The translations under genes were made by a program, and so were the position numbers. Source: the human T2T-CHM13v2.0 reference genome, Homo sapiens. From it: a DNA stretch of 64,000 nt. How positions within the stretch are numbered: position 1 is the stretch's first letter; each line of letters opens with the position of its first letter. The notes beneath the pieces were generated by a model that made no database searches, was not told the origin of the DNA, and worked only from the letters and a program-made list of their open reading frames with translations. The DNA is taken from assembly GCF_009914755.1 (NCBI RefSeq), contig NC_060936.1; one strand, written 5' to 3'. Shown piece after piece: positions 1 to 13,356 of this stretch.

Positions 1-764
1 TAACATCAACTGATGTTTAATATTAATGCAAACATCAATTAATTAAACACTCCAACCCCTCAAATGTAGTGTAGGAAAAACCATACTCACTTCTTAGGCT
101 CAGTATTTTCAAAATGATTGGATCACATCCACGTCTTTCTGAATGCATTCAGCTACGGTCACTTAGTTCTGCATTGGTTTTGTGTCTGTCTTAATAGCAA
201 TCACTCCAAACCTAATAGTCTCAGTCACAGCTCTCAAGTATTTTTCTCTTTTCCCAAATCATTCTCATTTTATTTTGAGAACTATCTCCCTTATAGTAAT
301 CTAGGTTTATGAGTCATTTTCAAAATCACAAAGTGCTTTATCATTCCACTTTTTGAAAATCTCTAGAATGTAAGTATTTTGGAAAAAATCTTGGTATTTT
401 CCACCTTGTGAGTCTGCTGATGGGCAGCCAGTAAAGTCAGTGCTGTTGAATTAAAATAGGCAACACAACAAGACAAGGGACATTGGTCATGCAAGTCTTA
501 TTTCCTGAGGCACAAGACTTTGAAATGAGTCGTACAGGTTTTACGATGATCAACTCTCAGAGGCCAAGGCCCACTAAACTAACTATATACTAAAAAATGA
601 GCCATTGTAAAGGAATATTTTCTTGTAATTTTAAATTAAACTTTTTGGGGGTGGTCTTTTATAATTTTTAATTTTGGTGGTAATCCTGGAGTTTATTTGC
701 ACTATTTTTAGTTTTTAACTTTTTTTTTTTATTTTTGAGAGTTATGGGAATGTTAGTGTTTCAA

Positions 765-995
765 CCTGTGATGGTAGAAAACACATTTTAAAATAAGACA
801 GACCTGGGTTTGAATTACAAAGAACTTCTAAGTCATGTAAGCATAGATAAATTAGTGTCTTTTCTTACCTTCGGTTTTCTTCTCTATAAAATGATAATGT
901 CCAGTTTTCCTTGTTGTCATGAGGATTAGAAATAATACAGATAAAAGAGCAATCACGGTATATGACAAAGAACAGGTGCTCAAATTGGTGGCTTT
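765..995 (+). mobile_element. MIR SINE
   Basis: agacagacctgggtttgaat...tcggttttcttctctataaaatg...gttgtcatgaggattaga...ggtgctcaa resembles the MIR consensus. Confidence 0.7.
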
Positions 996-2419
996 ATATT
1001 TATAGTTAAAGCATAGAAGTATTAAAGTCCTCATGCCTCAATTAGACCAGTTCTTACATTTTACCAGAAAGGAAGCTGAGAATCAAGAAGAGTGATCTGA
1101 CATACATCAATAAGATAAAGCTAGATAATTCCAGAGATTAGTACTGAGGTTTCCTGCTTAAGCAACAATCTCTTCCTTCCCTTGGGCTCTCTTCACTATG
1201 GATGAAGTCTACTATTTAAAGGAAAGTTTAAAATAATTTATTGAACATAGGAGAAAGCATACCTCAGAATATTCGGAAATGTGACTTAGATGCACCTTCT
1301 GAGATTGAAACTTGACCAAAGATGACCCACATTTTCTGAAGACTTTGCCAATGTCTGCTTGTTAGTGACTTGGAAAAAGTAGATACTAAATATGAAAAGT
1401 ACAATTTCTTCTTGCCCTTCATTAAAACAAAATAAAAACATGTTCTTTACTCCAAGACTAAGTCTGACCTGCTATTATATTTGATAAATTAAAGTTCTTC
1501 TAAGATTAAAAAAAATCCCTTTAGCAAATTGTTCCAGCTAACATAGTACCCAGCATACAATAAACATTTAATAAATACTTGTTGGATGAACAAGTGAATG
1601 TGTACGTTCTCATAATGCTAATGAGAAGTAATGATTAAAACAAAAGTATAAATAAGAATGACAGAAACATCAAGCATTCTGATGAGGATCTGGGAGGGGG
1701 GAATCTGCTATGAGAACAGCTTGCTCAGACAGAGAAACACCAAACGACTTCAAAAAAAACCACACTGACTTGAGTTCTGGCATAACTACCTCACTGCAGG
1801 CAACAAAAATTCTGCTTTGCCTTTAATCAATGTAATGAAACTGTGCCTTAACATGCTTCCTTATTTGCATATCTCTTGTAATCCGTGTTGCATACAATAC
1901 AAAAAGATTTATTATAAAGAAATTAATATATCTTGAGAGGCCATCCCCATCAGGCAAAAGACCCATCTGAAGATAAAAATCACACCATTTATAAAAACCT
2001 TAGAAAGATCTTACAAATCCATGAATTATTTACTTAAAAACTTAAACATCCAGAGATTGAGTTCTCAGTGCTCCTCTAAACATTTCCTAATGCACATGAA
2101 AACTATTTCCCTGAGAATCCAGTTCTCTAAGTAGTCGAGTTATAGAGTCTATTATAGATATAACTAAAGATTCTCAATAACTTTTAAAAACTAAATTATG
2201 ACATAGTCTGATGAAGGGTACATTTCACCTTATAAACTGCTTCATATTGTAATTCAAATTGTAATTAGACTCTTCACCCCTAAACAGGGATGTTATCCCC
2301 ACAAGTTTCACTGTACACAAAACTGAATCACATTAGCCCAAGCCCCGGTTACCCTTCTCCTAATTAGAATCTTTGCTTCTCCCCAGTATGAATCTCACAA
2401 GGATACCAGACCAATCTCA

Positions 2420-2670
2420 TTAGAGGCACCACAGTATGATGTGGTCTTTAGAATAAGATATACATGGGTGAAATGTGGCTTCACTCCATTTTATCTGTGA
2501 GCTCTTGGATGAATCTCTTATCTCCCTTATGTCTCAGTTTCCTTACCTGTAAAACTGAGATAATACCAATCTTATAAATTTATGAAGGAGAGTAAATGTG
2601 TGTGTTGTCTGTAAAAATCCTGGCATATGATAAGCACATAATAAATGGCACTGGCTATTACTATCATCAT
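2420..2670 (+). mobile_element. MIR SINE
   Basis: Core gtctcagtttccttacctgtaaaactgagataatacc. Confidence 0.7.
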
Positions 2671-5234
2671 CTTGTAACATACTGGTTTCTCATGTCACTT
2701 CATACACAAAAACCACAATAAGATACCCAGGTCATATCAAATTAAATTCAATCTCTTCTATTGTGTTTTTAATGCTTTCTATATTCTGACCAGTTTCATC
2801 TCCTCTCCCAGAATTCCAGAGCATAAATTATAACTCTGGTCAATTTAGTTTCCTTTTAATCTTTTTCACTTAGCATGTCAATTCCTGCATGTCAATAATG
2901 TTGCTATTATTTTCTTTCACTTTGCTTGCTCCATTATGCCAGGACCTTCACATTCCTTAAGATTTTAGATCATGTCCCATCCATTTCCTCTATGAAACAG
3001 ACTCTTAATGACACTAGCTCACTGCTTTCTTCTCTAGCTTCTAGGGCCAGGTCCCTTAGAGGAACTGGGAAAAGGATGGAATTTCTGTGTGATGTACTCA
3101 CATTTTTCTCTATGAGAGCCTGCTCTTCTTTCTATGTAATCCTATCACTTTGAGCATTTATTTTACACTGTTATGGAGGCCACTAGTGAATACTAAAGTA
3201 ATTTTCTTTTCCATTGATGTTACTAGGATTATAGTCCAAAGAAAGGATGCATCTATGTTTATGCAAATTAACTTGATTTCAGCTAAGCTTCTTATTGGCA
3301 CACTGGGTTCTCTCCTGCTTCATGCAAGATAAAAGAAGTATCACAAAAATCTTATGAACTAACTGGTAAATATAAGTTAAATAATAGCACAGTGTATATA
3401 CTAACCTCAAAGAATATTAATAAATGGGTCTATACAACCAGGAAAGAGATCTTTAGTTATATATCACTGGGGTCTGAAATGAACCAATGACCCTTTTTCT
3501 GTTCATTAGAGACAACATGGGGTAGTGTGGCAAGTCTCATATACTAATTCCTGGGTTCTACTCCACATACTCTGTAGAGTAAAGCCTAGAAAACATATGA
3601 AAATGTTCCTTGTATGGTTTTGGATGCACCAGAAATCATAAATATAGTGGTCAAACTACATGCTTCAAAACCAAAGATCTGAATTCAGAGTTTGTCTCTG
3701 CCTTTTTGTTTGTACGTGATGTTGTACTTACCTGAACCTCACTATTTCCTCATGTTGAGTGTTAAGTGACATGATGTATGTATAGTGTCTCACATATAAC
3801 AGACACTCACTAAATAGGAATCATTTATCTATTATTTGGATGAATACCCAAAAGAAATGCTCATTGAACCCACTGTTGTCACACCATTAAGAAAGAGAAT
3901 GAATACAATAAATGCTAAAATGACTTTGAGTCTCGTACTACTAGGCCAAACACCCATAATATTAACATGGATAAGATTACTAAGTGGATTTAGGTTGCAA
4001 AATCAATTGCATAAGTAAAGGATAGGAGACCTGCAGAATAATAACAGTTGACAGGGGAGAAAAAAACCACCCAGAAGTTTTTATTGACTTTAAGTTCAGT
4101 AAGAGATAAGTATATGACTCAAACAATCTTTGGGATAGGAAATAGAAAGTTGGGAGGGTATTAGCATATCCAACGGTGTTTGTACCTTCCACAGCTCTTA
4201 GTACAGTAGCTTCTTTACAGAAAAAACACAAAGGCATTATAATGATGTGTGATGTCAATAAAAGGTCAATATGATCACTGTATTACTATTAATAACTAAC
4301 AGTATGATATCTAATACTTATTGAGTGCTTATTTTAGGCAATATAATATGCCAAATGTTTTGCATGTGTTATTTCCTTTAATTGATAAAACATTTATCTC
4401 AAAATCTTTGTAAATAACCATTTCTTTGAATCCCCAATTTTAAACCCAGACAGTCTGTGACCTAAGAGAGCGGAATTGCTAAATCATGATACTAACTCCC
4501 ATTTAATAAGGTGACTGTGCTTCAGGTTTCATAATTGGTAAGTGGAGATTGGGATAGTGCTAGAATTATTTCCTTGGCTTTGATGCTAATTTCTCTGTGC
4601 AATTCACTTTAACAATTACTTCAGATCTGCAATTTGAAGTATTTGCAGTCTTATTCATTGTTTTCCTGCCACAAATTTATTCCTTAACCAAAGTTTAGGT
4701 TCATTCTGTTATTTTAATGCCTTTTTAGTTGTCTTTTGACTAAAAGGTGAGTAATACTAATTTGGGAGAATCATATTATTCAGAATTAGATAAGCCTCAC
4801 TGTCCTGCAAAAAGAAGCTCACTTCTGTTTGCTTGGCTTTCTGATTTGGTGGCCTCTGCATGGAGATTCAGATTTCATTTCTCATTTACATTTGTCGTTT
4901 TGTCTTCTAATAGTTTGCCCCCTTATAATACCATGTTTGCTAATAACTCTGCTTTCATGCTGTTTGCCAATGCAGAAGGGAATATTTTTCTTTAATACAT
5001 TACATTTCTTCCCTCCCTACTTAAGAACTATTTACCCAGCTTACACCATGTACCTGTCCATTTATTTGGAATGGTATATGTTTTGGGATCCTTTTATCTC
5101 CTTTCCATATTTGAATAATTATAGTTATTGATCTCTGTGGCAAACCTACCCTTCGTAGTGTTTTATTTATATCTTTTACCTTTTCTCAGTGAAGAGAAAA
5201 GGATGGAAATTATAATAAAATTATTAAAATTTAT

Positions 5235-5910
5235 AAAATCCAGGGTCTAATCAGAGGACAGAAACTACAATAATTGAACAGGAAAAGTTTAATGTATAAA
5301 GAATTAGCAACTACAACAGGGGATTAGAATATTGAGGGATTGGTCAGTAAGGAGTAAAGGGTACTCTTAAAATATACAGGAATAACAGATATAAGGAACA
5401 GCCACTACTCTAGAACTGATATAGATGCCCAACGAAGACGCTTGCCTACCCTGAAGGCTGAGATCTGGACCTTGTCAGGGAGGGCACAGCCATGGCTTGT
5501 GGAATGGCAGGCACTGAATAGAATGCTGTGCCAGCGTAAGTTGCTGAAGATCTGCCCTTCAGAACTTTATGGAAATCTGCTCTCTAGAATGCCAGGGAAA
5601 ACTGTTTATAGGCATGTGTCTCTCTGGAGTCTCTCCTCTATGAAATTGTCCAAAGTGGGTGCTGCTGACCACCACGCACTGGCATTGTGCGAGCCTGATG
5701 GTGCAGTTGCTGTTTACACTGAGGAGCCTGCTGAGAGAGCATGCCAGCATCAGGAAGGAAAATTCCTTCCTCCTGTGCTTCAATTGACCAAGCTGAACGT
5801 TGTACACGCTGGCAAAGGAAAATATTTAAAGGGCTCATCTCCATTTTTGCAGAACAGGCAATGGAGTATAAATTTGCAGATGAGATACAATAACTTGATA
5901 ACTGGTACAC
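5235..5910 (-). mobile_element. Old ERVL-type LTR (LTR41/LTR52-like); accounts for ORF 5442..5987
   Basis: Begins cagggtctaatcagaggacagaaactaca...tgaacaggaaaagtttaat, resembling the reverse end of ERVL LTRs; GC-richer block. Confidence 0.5.
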
Positions 5911-6679
5911 CAGGTAACCTGTATTTAACAGGAATCCTGGAGGGCCATCTGGTTCAATTTCCTATCTTCCAGCAGATTGATGCCTAAGCTATCTAAGACA
6001 GATGGTTGTTAATGCTATTAATATTTAAACATGAGTTCCCTTTAAAACCTGCTTTACTCTTTAAAAACCGAAGCCAGTTAAGTCTATACGTGTTTACTAG
6101 AGAGAATTTTGGAAATACTAAAAAATTATAACAGAAAACTAAAATAAGCTATAATTCCAGAATTTAGAGAAAACTAATGCTAGTATTTTGGTCCATATTC
6201 TTCTAGACTTTTTTTTTTTTGGCTACTCATGTATTCATTTAAAACTTATTTAGCATCTATTAGGTCTAGGCACAATAGTAATTGTTAGGTGTACAGTGAC
6301 AAACCTATCAAATGCCTCCTCGTCAACTGAGAATCTAGTGAAGGAATCAAATACATCTATTTATGTATATATAAATATGTATAATACATGTATCTATTTA
6401 TAACACTTTTTAATAATAAAATTGGGTTCATTTTACATATGCTGATTTGGATTCAGCTTTATTCATTTAACATTATATTAAAAATATTTTCCATGTTACT
6501 ATAAGTTTTTGGAAAGTGTCATTTTTTTCATGACTAAATAATTAAATTTTATCATTTAAATATGGTTTGATTTCCCTTTTTTCTATTGTTAGGCAACTTT
6601 TTAGCATTTTAAATAATACACTTTGCATTATACCCATCCCTGCATGATAGTTAACCCTGTGGATATAACCATGCTCCTG

Positions 6680-6870
6680 AGTTTAAATCTCATCTCCAGC
6701 ATGGGCTGAGTGATTTAGAGAAAAAACACTTAACTTCTCTGACTTCAGTAAGATCATAGTACCTGCCTCATCTGGGTGTTGGGTGGATAAAATAAGTTTA
6801 ATATACAGAAAGCACCTAGAACGCTGCCTGAGAACATAAGCTATTTAAGTATTAGTATTATACTCATCAT
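6680..6870 (+). mobile_element. MIR SINE
   Basis: cacttaacttctctgacttcag...atagtacctgcctcat...aaagcacctagaac. Confidence 0.7.
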
Positions 6871-6979
6871 CTGTTTATGTGTCTGTGTCTCCCTGAGATG
6901 TAATTGCCTTGGTGGTTTTGCCTACTATTATGTCCCTAACACATAACACAGTGTCTTGTCCATGGTACAAAATTTAATA

Positions 6980-7900
6980 CTTATTTAATAAATTAGGTGA
7001 AAAAACCCTCATATATAAATCACATTACTAGTTGAAAGAGTATAAACATTTTTGAGGATCTTGATACTTGCTAAATTACATTTCAGAAAAGTATCAACTC
7101 ATATTGTAACTACAATACATGATAAGAATGCCCTTCTTAGCCTGCTCTTAGACATTAGATATTACAACTTTTTAATGTTTTCTATTTTTTTCATAACATA
7201 TTGCATTATACTGCTGCTTTAATTTGTATTTATTCAATTGCTAATGAGGTGGAACATGTTTTTCCAATTGAATACTATTCTTCAAATTGTCTATTTTCTT
7301 TCCCAATTTTCTACTAACATAAGGATGTTTTTCTTACTAGTTTTTAGGAATTCCTTTTATTGTTAAGATAGTTACCATTTTTTTAATTTTTATATAGGTT
7401 AACATTTACTTCTTAATTTTCATACACTGCTTTGTGGCATTCAGCTGATCTTAATTTTTATGTAGTAAAACATATTGATTATTTTCTTTATAATTAGTTG
7501 CATGATTTTATTACTAGACATTCTCCCCCATGTAGAAGTCAGTAAACACAAGACCCATACTTCATTCAATGTTATTTGAAGTTAACTATTTAATCCATTG
7601 AAATTTATTTTACCCCCTCTAAATAGTGACTATTCTCAATATCATTTGTATAATTCATTCTTCCCATAACATGTTGATGCTTCCCCTATAAAATATCATG
7701 GTTTTTATATTTAGTAGGGTTTTTATATTCTATTAAGTTTCATAAATTTCTACATTCTACTGGTATCTACAATTTTCCAAGTGGTAAGTTTAATTCATTA
7801 CATTTTCATATTTAGTAGGGTCTTTAAACTCTACTACGTTCCATGGATATCTAGACCCTACTAGTACCACAGTTTTTAACTGGTAAGTTTAACACATTCT
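6980..7900 (-). mobile_element. Ancient L1M (L1ME-like) fragments
   Basis: T-rich degenerate antisense L1 3' region (ttaatttgtatttattcaattgctaatgaggtggaacatg). Confidence 0.5.
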
Positions 7901-7957
7901 AGTATCTTGCCGGGAAAAGTTCCTGCCTGCCCCTCACTGTGCATGTGTGTGCATGCA

Positions 7958-7981
7958 TACACACACACACACACACACACA
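7958..7981. repeat. (AC)12 microsatellite
   Basis: Read directly. Confidence 0.95.
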
Positions 7982-9699
7982 GGCACAGAATTCTACTCCA
8001 TCACACATCATCCAAACAACAAATATTATAGAATGCCCTATATGTAGTCAGGAATTGTGTCAGATGACATGAATAGAACAACAGGTAAAACTGACATAGT
8101 CCCATCCCTTATGGAGCTAAAAGAATGTGGAGGTAGAACTAAACAAACAAGCAGGGAATTCTACTACAGATAGGCTATCCTAGGGCAAGTAGAGTATGCT
8201 ATGAGCAGCCACTGGTACAGCCATGGGGGAGAAAGAAAAGCTTGCCACAGAAGATGAAATGAAACTAAAATCTAAAGTGTGTGAGATATAAAGAGAAATT
8301 GGCCAGGCAGAAACATCAAGACAATAATGAAATAAAGAAATTGATCTCTCTACCCCATTGTTCTTTTCAAAATTCTTTTAAATATATTTCATCCATTTAT
8401 TCATTCAAGTTGCTCTAATGATCCAGTATCTCATTTGGTTTGGAAGCTCGGGATGAAATATTGCTCTGTTATCCAACTTTATGCATTTCCTCTATAATTC
8501 AGGCACTTGATACAAACTAGTCTACTACTTTTATATCTGGTATCTACCCTTAATGTACATGTTAGCTCCCATTTTCCTACCTTTCTCTCTTGTTATATTT
8601 AGTAGGATATTTTATTATTTAAGTAGATAGTTTCATACTCATTATTCTCCAGGGTTCATTGCTTACTACCTATGTGGCTTGAATAAAACCATAAATAATT
8701 ACTTTCTAAAAAGATTGAAAGAAATATTTGTAGTTAAGTGTGCCAAGAGCATAAAAAATACAGCTTATAAAAATAATACAATTATTCTTTCTATAGGAGT
8801 GCTGAGGCTTATGAAAATAGTTTCTTATTGTTAAAAAAGATATAAAAAATGTTCCTTTAAATGAATGATTTCCATATATAATCAGCTTAACAATATCTTT
8901 AAAAATTGTGTTCATTTACATAGGTACCACTCACCTCGTGTAACGGGGAATGCAAAATATGATGTCATTAACCCATTTTGACCAAATATGCCTAAAGAAA
9001 ACTAATGCTTCAAGTATCGATCAACATTTAACAGTATTTTTAATCTTTATATATTTATTTCAGGCAGGATACTAGTTAATTTAGTGTAAACCACGTTTAA
9101 TTATTTCTGTTTATTTTATATATCCTGATAGTAATATAAATACCAATTACACTTTTTACAGTCTTGTTTCTCTATTCTTTCCATGGTTTTGGTAAAGTGT
9201 TAATAGTATTTCATTACATGTTTTCACTTGCAGGGCTTGCTGTAGAATACAGCTCAGTTTAAACAGTCAATTAATTTTAGCAGAACTGAAATTGAATGAT
9301 GAAATATTTCTAGGCTGAGAAGAAAACTACAGTAAACTCTTAGCTTTTCTACTTTGAATTGGAATTTTTGCTCTTTTTCACTTCTCAGAGAATACCTAAT
9401 CCCGACTAAATAATTAACTGACTGGCAGCAAAATGCATTAATTGTGGAGAACAGTAAGCTGGGTTTCACATCCATCTTTGTCACTAACAGAATCTCATCA
9501 TGGCAAGAGTCACTTAATGTCTTCAGGTCACACTATTTTATTATTTGTGAAATGAATTAATAGGATTACAGACTCTTCAAAGTCCTTACTACCTCTAAAA
9601 TGTTAAAATTCTGACTCTACCTTGTACATAAAAAGAACCAGTAATTCCAGTGTGAGTGCAGGGGTTTCTAAAGGCCAAATATCGAATACTAAATAATAT

Positions 9700-10606
9700 A
9701 CTATACATAATTGCATGATTTGTTCACAACTATTCATCCCCTCCCTCATCACAGCTTCTCTGTGGACAAAGTATATTCCCTGACCACTGATTTTGGGCTG
9801 GTCCCTGTGATTTGCTTTGACTTATGAAATATTGTGAAAGAGACAGTGTGGTAATCCCAAGAAAGGCTTTAAGAAGTGCTACATGCTTCTCATCACTTTC
9901 TTAAGATTATGTCCTCTTTCATAAGCACAGCATGTACAAAATAGTGGTTTTCTTGAGCCTGGGTCTCTCAATGAAAAGATGTGTGGAATAGAACAACTGA
10001 CCCACGCCAAGCTGAACCTAGTCTGAGCCACTTGCAAACTTGTGGGCAAGAAATAAATCTTTGTTGTTGTAAGCCATTAAGATTTTGCGGTTTATTGGAG
10101 ATCATTCTGTTAAGTGAAACACGCCAGGCACATAAAAACAAACACACATTCTCAGTTATTTGTGGGATCTAAAAATTAAAACAATTGAACTCATGCATAT
10201 AAAGACTAGAAGGATGGTTACCAGAGGCTGGGAAGGGTAGCTGGGGGACTGCGGGGAGGTGGGGATGGTTAATGGGTACAAAAAATAATAGAAAGTATGA
10301 AGAAGACCTACTATTTGACAGCACAGCAGGGTGACTATAGGGTGACTACAGTCAACAACAACTTAATTGTGCATTTAAAAATAACTAAAAGAGTGTAATT
10401 GGATTGTTTGTACACAAAGAATAAATGCTTGAAGGGATGGATACCTCATTCTTTATGATGTAATTATTTCCCATTGCATGACTGTATCAAAGCATCACAT
10501 GTACCCCCATAAATAATATATACCTACTATGTAACCACAAACATTAAAAATAAAAAAAATTAAAATATTTTGTGGTTTGTCATCACAGAAAAAGTTGACG
10601 AATCAA
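9700..10606 (+). mobile_element. MLT1 (MaLR) LTR, interrupted near its 3' end by L1MA
   Basis: aataaatctttgttgttgtaagccattaagattttg before the L1; ttttgtggtttgtcatcacagaaaaagttgac after it. Confidence 0.7.
10094..10563 (+). mobile_element. L1MA (L1MA2/3-like) 5'-truncated 3' end
   Basis: Typical 3'UTR (aaaacaattgaactcatg...ggatggttaccagaggctgggaagggtag...acctactatgtaaccacaaa), A-rich tail, diverged 15-bp TSD at 10079-10093 and 10564-10578. Confidence 0.88.
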
Positions 10607-11569
10607 GTACTAGGTGTACTTTTTAGAAAACTGATAAAAACAAACTATTTTTGAAAGTCTCATTTCAAACGCTTTATTAAGTAACTCCTTATTATCAGGG
10701 CTTTTGTTCCTTCCTTGATGCCTGGTATTGTACTGTATCACCTAAATTAAACATAGGAAAGAAGAGAAGGAAAAGTATGTTGAATGGGAAGTTAATAATG
10801 TGTCTCTAAAGCTATTTCTCAGAATTAGTAAGTGTTCAGAGTACAAACAGATGAGAAGTTTGGAGTCAACCTTCTAGCAGTTTTGTCAATATATCATCAA
10901 TATGATATGGTTAATAAACTAGCTTTAATATGATTCAGTGAATCTTGTCTGTTTCTTTAAATTTGAATATCTATATGGCATTTTCAAATTGATTGAATAA
11001 ATGTATTATTAAAACCTCTAAAATCACATAATCATTGGGATAACTCGTGATTTGTTTACACTTTGTAATAGCACACTGGGGGTGGGGGAAATGATGAACA
11101 TTTGACCACATTTAATTTCAAAGGAAAAATTTGAATATATTTTCTGTTCGCATTTCCTTAACATTCACATAAGTAATTAAGATGACTAAATACTTATATC
11201 AGTACATGAAAGCATCTATGGAAATTCCAAATGCCAGGAAGAAAGTGAAGCAAAACATATATGCCATGTAGGAAAGATAATTATACATTTTAAAAGTACA
11301 TTATCAATCCAAAATAATTATGAAGAAAATCCTAATAATCGACTTCATTGTAGACAATATCCTAACACATCATAAGGACATTGCACAGCTTAGTGAAATG
11401 AGATAGCATATTGCTAAAATCTATTGGTGTCTTAAAAAGTGGAGGGGATTTTATGACAACTATAACCTTAGCAATTTTATCTATACCTATAAAATAACTT
11501 GATATAATAAAACCTTATACTCACCGCCAACATTAGACGAGTTAAAATTTCCTGTCAGTCTGCTGAGAG

Positions 11570-11760
11570 ACTTCATTATACATTATCTTTACATATATTA
11601 TCTCATATCCAATCTTCATAAGAAAGATCCTACGAGAGGGGTTCTGTCATTGTCCTTACTTTATAGATAAGGCAACTGAGGTTTAGAAACATAAAATACA
11701 TTGCCCAAACTAAGTGGCTAAAGGTCAGAAAATATGACTTGAGAATTTAAATTCTTCATG
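11570..11760 (-). mobile_element. MIR SINE
   Basis: ttatagataaggcaactgaggtttagaaa, the antisense core. Confidence 0.65.
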
Positions 11761-12815
11761 TTAAAGTGTGCCTAATAAATGGAAGAGATGAAAAAGTCCT
11801 TCAGGTCATAAGCTTAATTTGAAGATATTAAATGTCTGTCATATCCAAAGTTACATAGATGGAAGCAGAAATTAAACAAGAACTTGAATTTTTTATTACG
11901 GTATCTTAACACATTTTACTATATATTTATAAAAATATCTGCTATAAAGTTCTTGAAATTTTATTTCCAAGCATGTATTTTACCTGCAAAGTTTCAGGGT
12001 GATTTTTATAGTCCCATATCTTAATAAATGCAGTCAAGTTATCTGCTAATTTTTACATTTTCTCCTCTGAAGACAGCTCAACAACCTCTAAAAGATACAT
12101 TTTATCCCAGTAGGGGGTCTAGGAGCATGGAAATAATTAAGTTTTAAAATGTCTTTGTTATTTTATTCATATTTGATGACTTAATTAAGGGAATTATGAG
12201 ATAAATACCCAAAGCAAGTTGATCTTAAGAGTAAATAATTATTATTTCCACTAGGGTCAAATTGCACATCTCAGTGATGTTTAAAAATTATTGTAACATG
12301 GAGGATGGTTATAGATATCCTATTAAATTGTCAAACATATTGCAAAGATTAGGCAAATTTTTTTCATTACCTCATTATGGTTAATGCAGATAAAAGACTC
12401 CTTCCTCTACTTAGCCTATAAAAAAATGCTTAGAAACTAAATGTTTAGAAGACTTCACAAATTCCACTTTTAGTAAAAAAGACAAGTGATAGAATAGGAA
12501 GGTAAAACTTAAAGGAGAAACTAGAAACTAGGCAGTAAAGGAAGGGAGACATTATAGAAGAAATTATTTCCCTTAATAACAAATATTTCAATAAAATGTA
12601 TTTAGTAAAATCTTTAACAGACTTGTTCATTATTTTACCATTGACTTAAGTAAAAAAGCAGATGAAATGCTATGATTAACAAATGACATGATGCCAAAGG
12701 AAATAAATAATACAGCGTATAACTGATACAGGCTACCAAGAAATTTAATAAGGTGAAATTTAGAAGTAATAAAGACAACATTTTGCATTGAGATGAAAAA
12801 TAGTCAGCATTCCAG

Positions 12816-12981
12816 CAGAGGCAGATTTACCACACAGGTCATGAAGCTTAAGCTTCAGGACCCTTGATTTACACCAACACCTTTCAGAGCCTGTACCTAA
12901 TGTATATATGATAATCCTATTATTAAAGGGGACCTCTAAAATTATATAAGCTTCCGACCTCCAAAAACCTGACTATGCCTT
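12816..12981. mobile_element. MER53-like hAT MITE
   Basis: cagaggcagatttacc...tgaagcttaagcttcaggaccc...tataagcttccgacc. Confidence 0.65.
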
Positions 12982-13099
12982 TAAGTTTTAATTCCAATAG
13001 GATAATACAAACTATTTAACTCTGAATCCAACAAACCTTTATGCAACAAACCTTTCAGATCAAACAAGGACAAATAAAATCACCATAACCCATACCAGA

Positions 13100-13356
13100 G
13101 CATATCTTAGAGACAGAAGCCAACTTACATGTAAACGGGAGATATATTCATTTGAGACCACCAAAGTTGGCTCCAGAGCCCTTACCTTAGTGAGATGGAG
13201 GGGACTTGTATATATAAGAGGAAAACTAGGCATGTTTCCAAATAGATACAATTAGCCTCCCTCTCACCAAGGGGAGGGCTCTGAAGCCAGCTTTGGAGGT
13301 CTTAAATGAATATCTCTCCCACTTACATGTAAATTGACTTCTGTCTCCAAGAATGC
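13100..13356. repeat. Long imperfect inverted repeat (arms 13100-13201 and 13256-13356)
   Basis: Manual alignment of arm 1 with the reverse complement of arm 2: 102 columns, 14 mismatches, 1 gap. Confidence 0.92.

Noticed and set aside
85-211. Minus-strand GAA|GTGAGT donor with a possible upstream exon
   Set aside because: Weak acceptor, stop codons, no other support.
5442-5987. 181-aa plus-strand ORF
   Set aside because: Non-ATG start, lies in LTR-like sequence, no recognisable domain.
11525-11551. 27-nt in-frame segment before a GCG|GTGAGT donor (minus strand)
   Set aside because: Acceptor lacks a pyrimidine tract and has several competing AGs.
12640-12810. Possible CR1/L3 fragment
   Set aside because: Resemblance too faint to call by eye.
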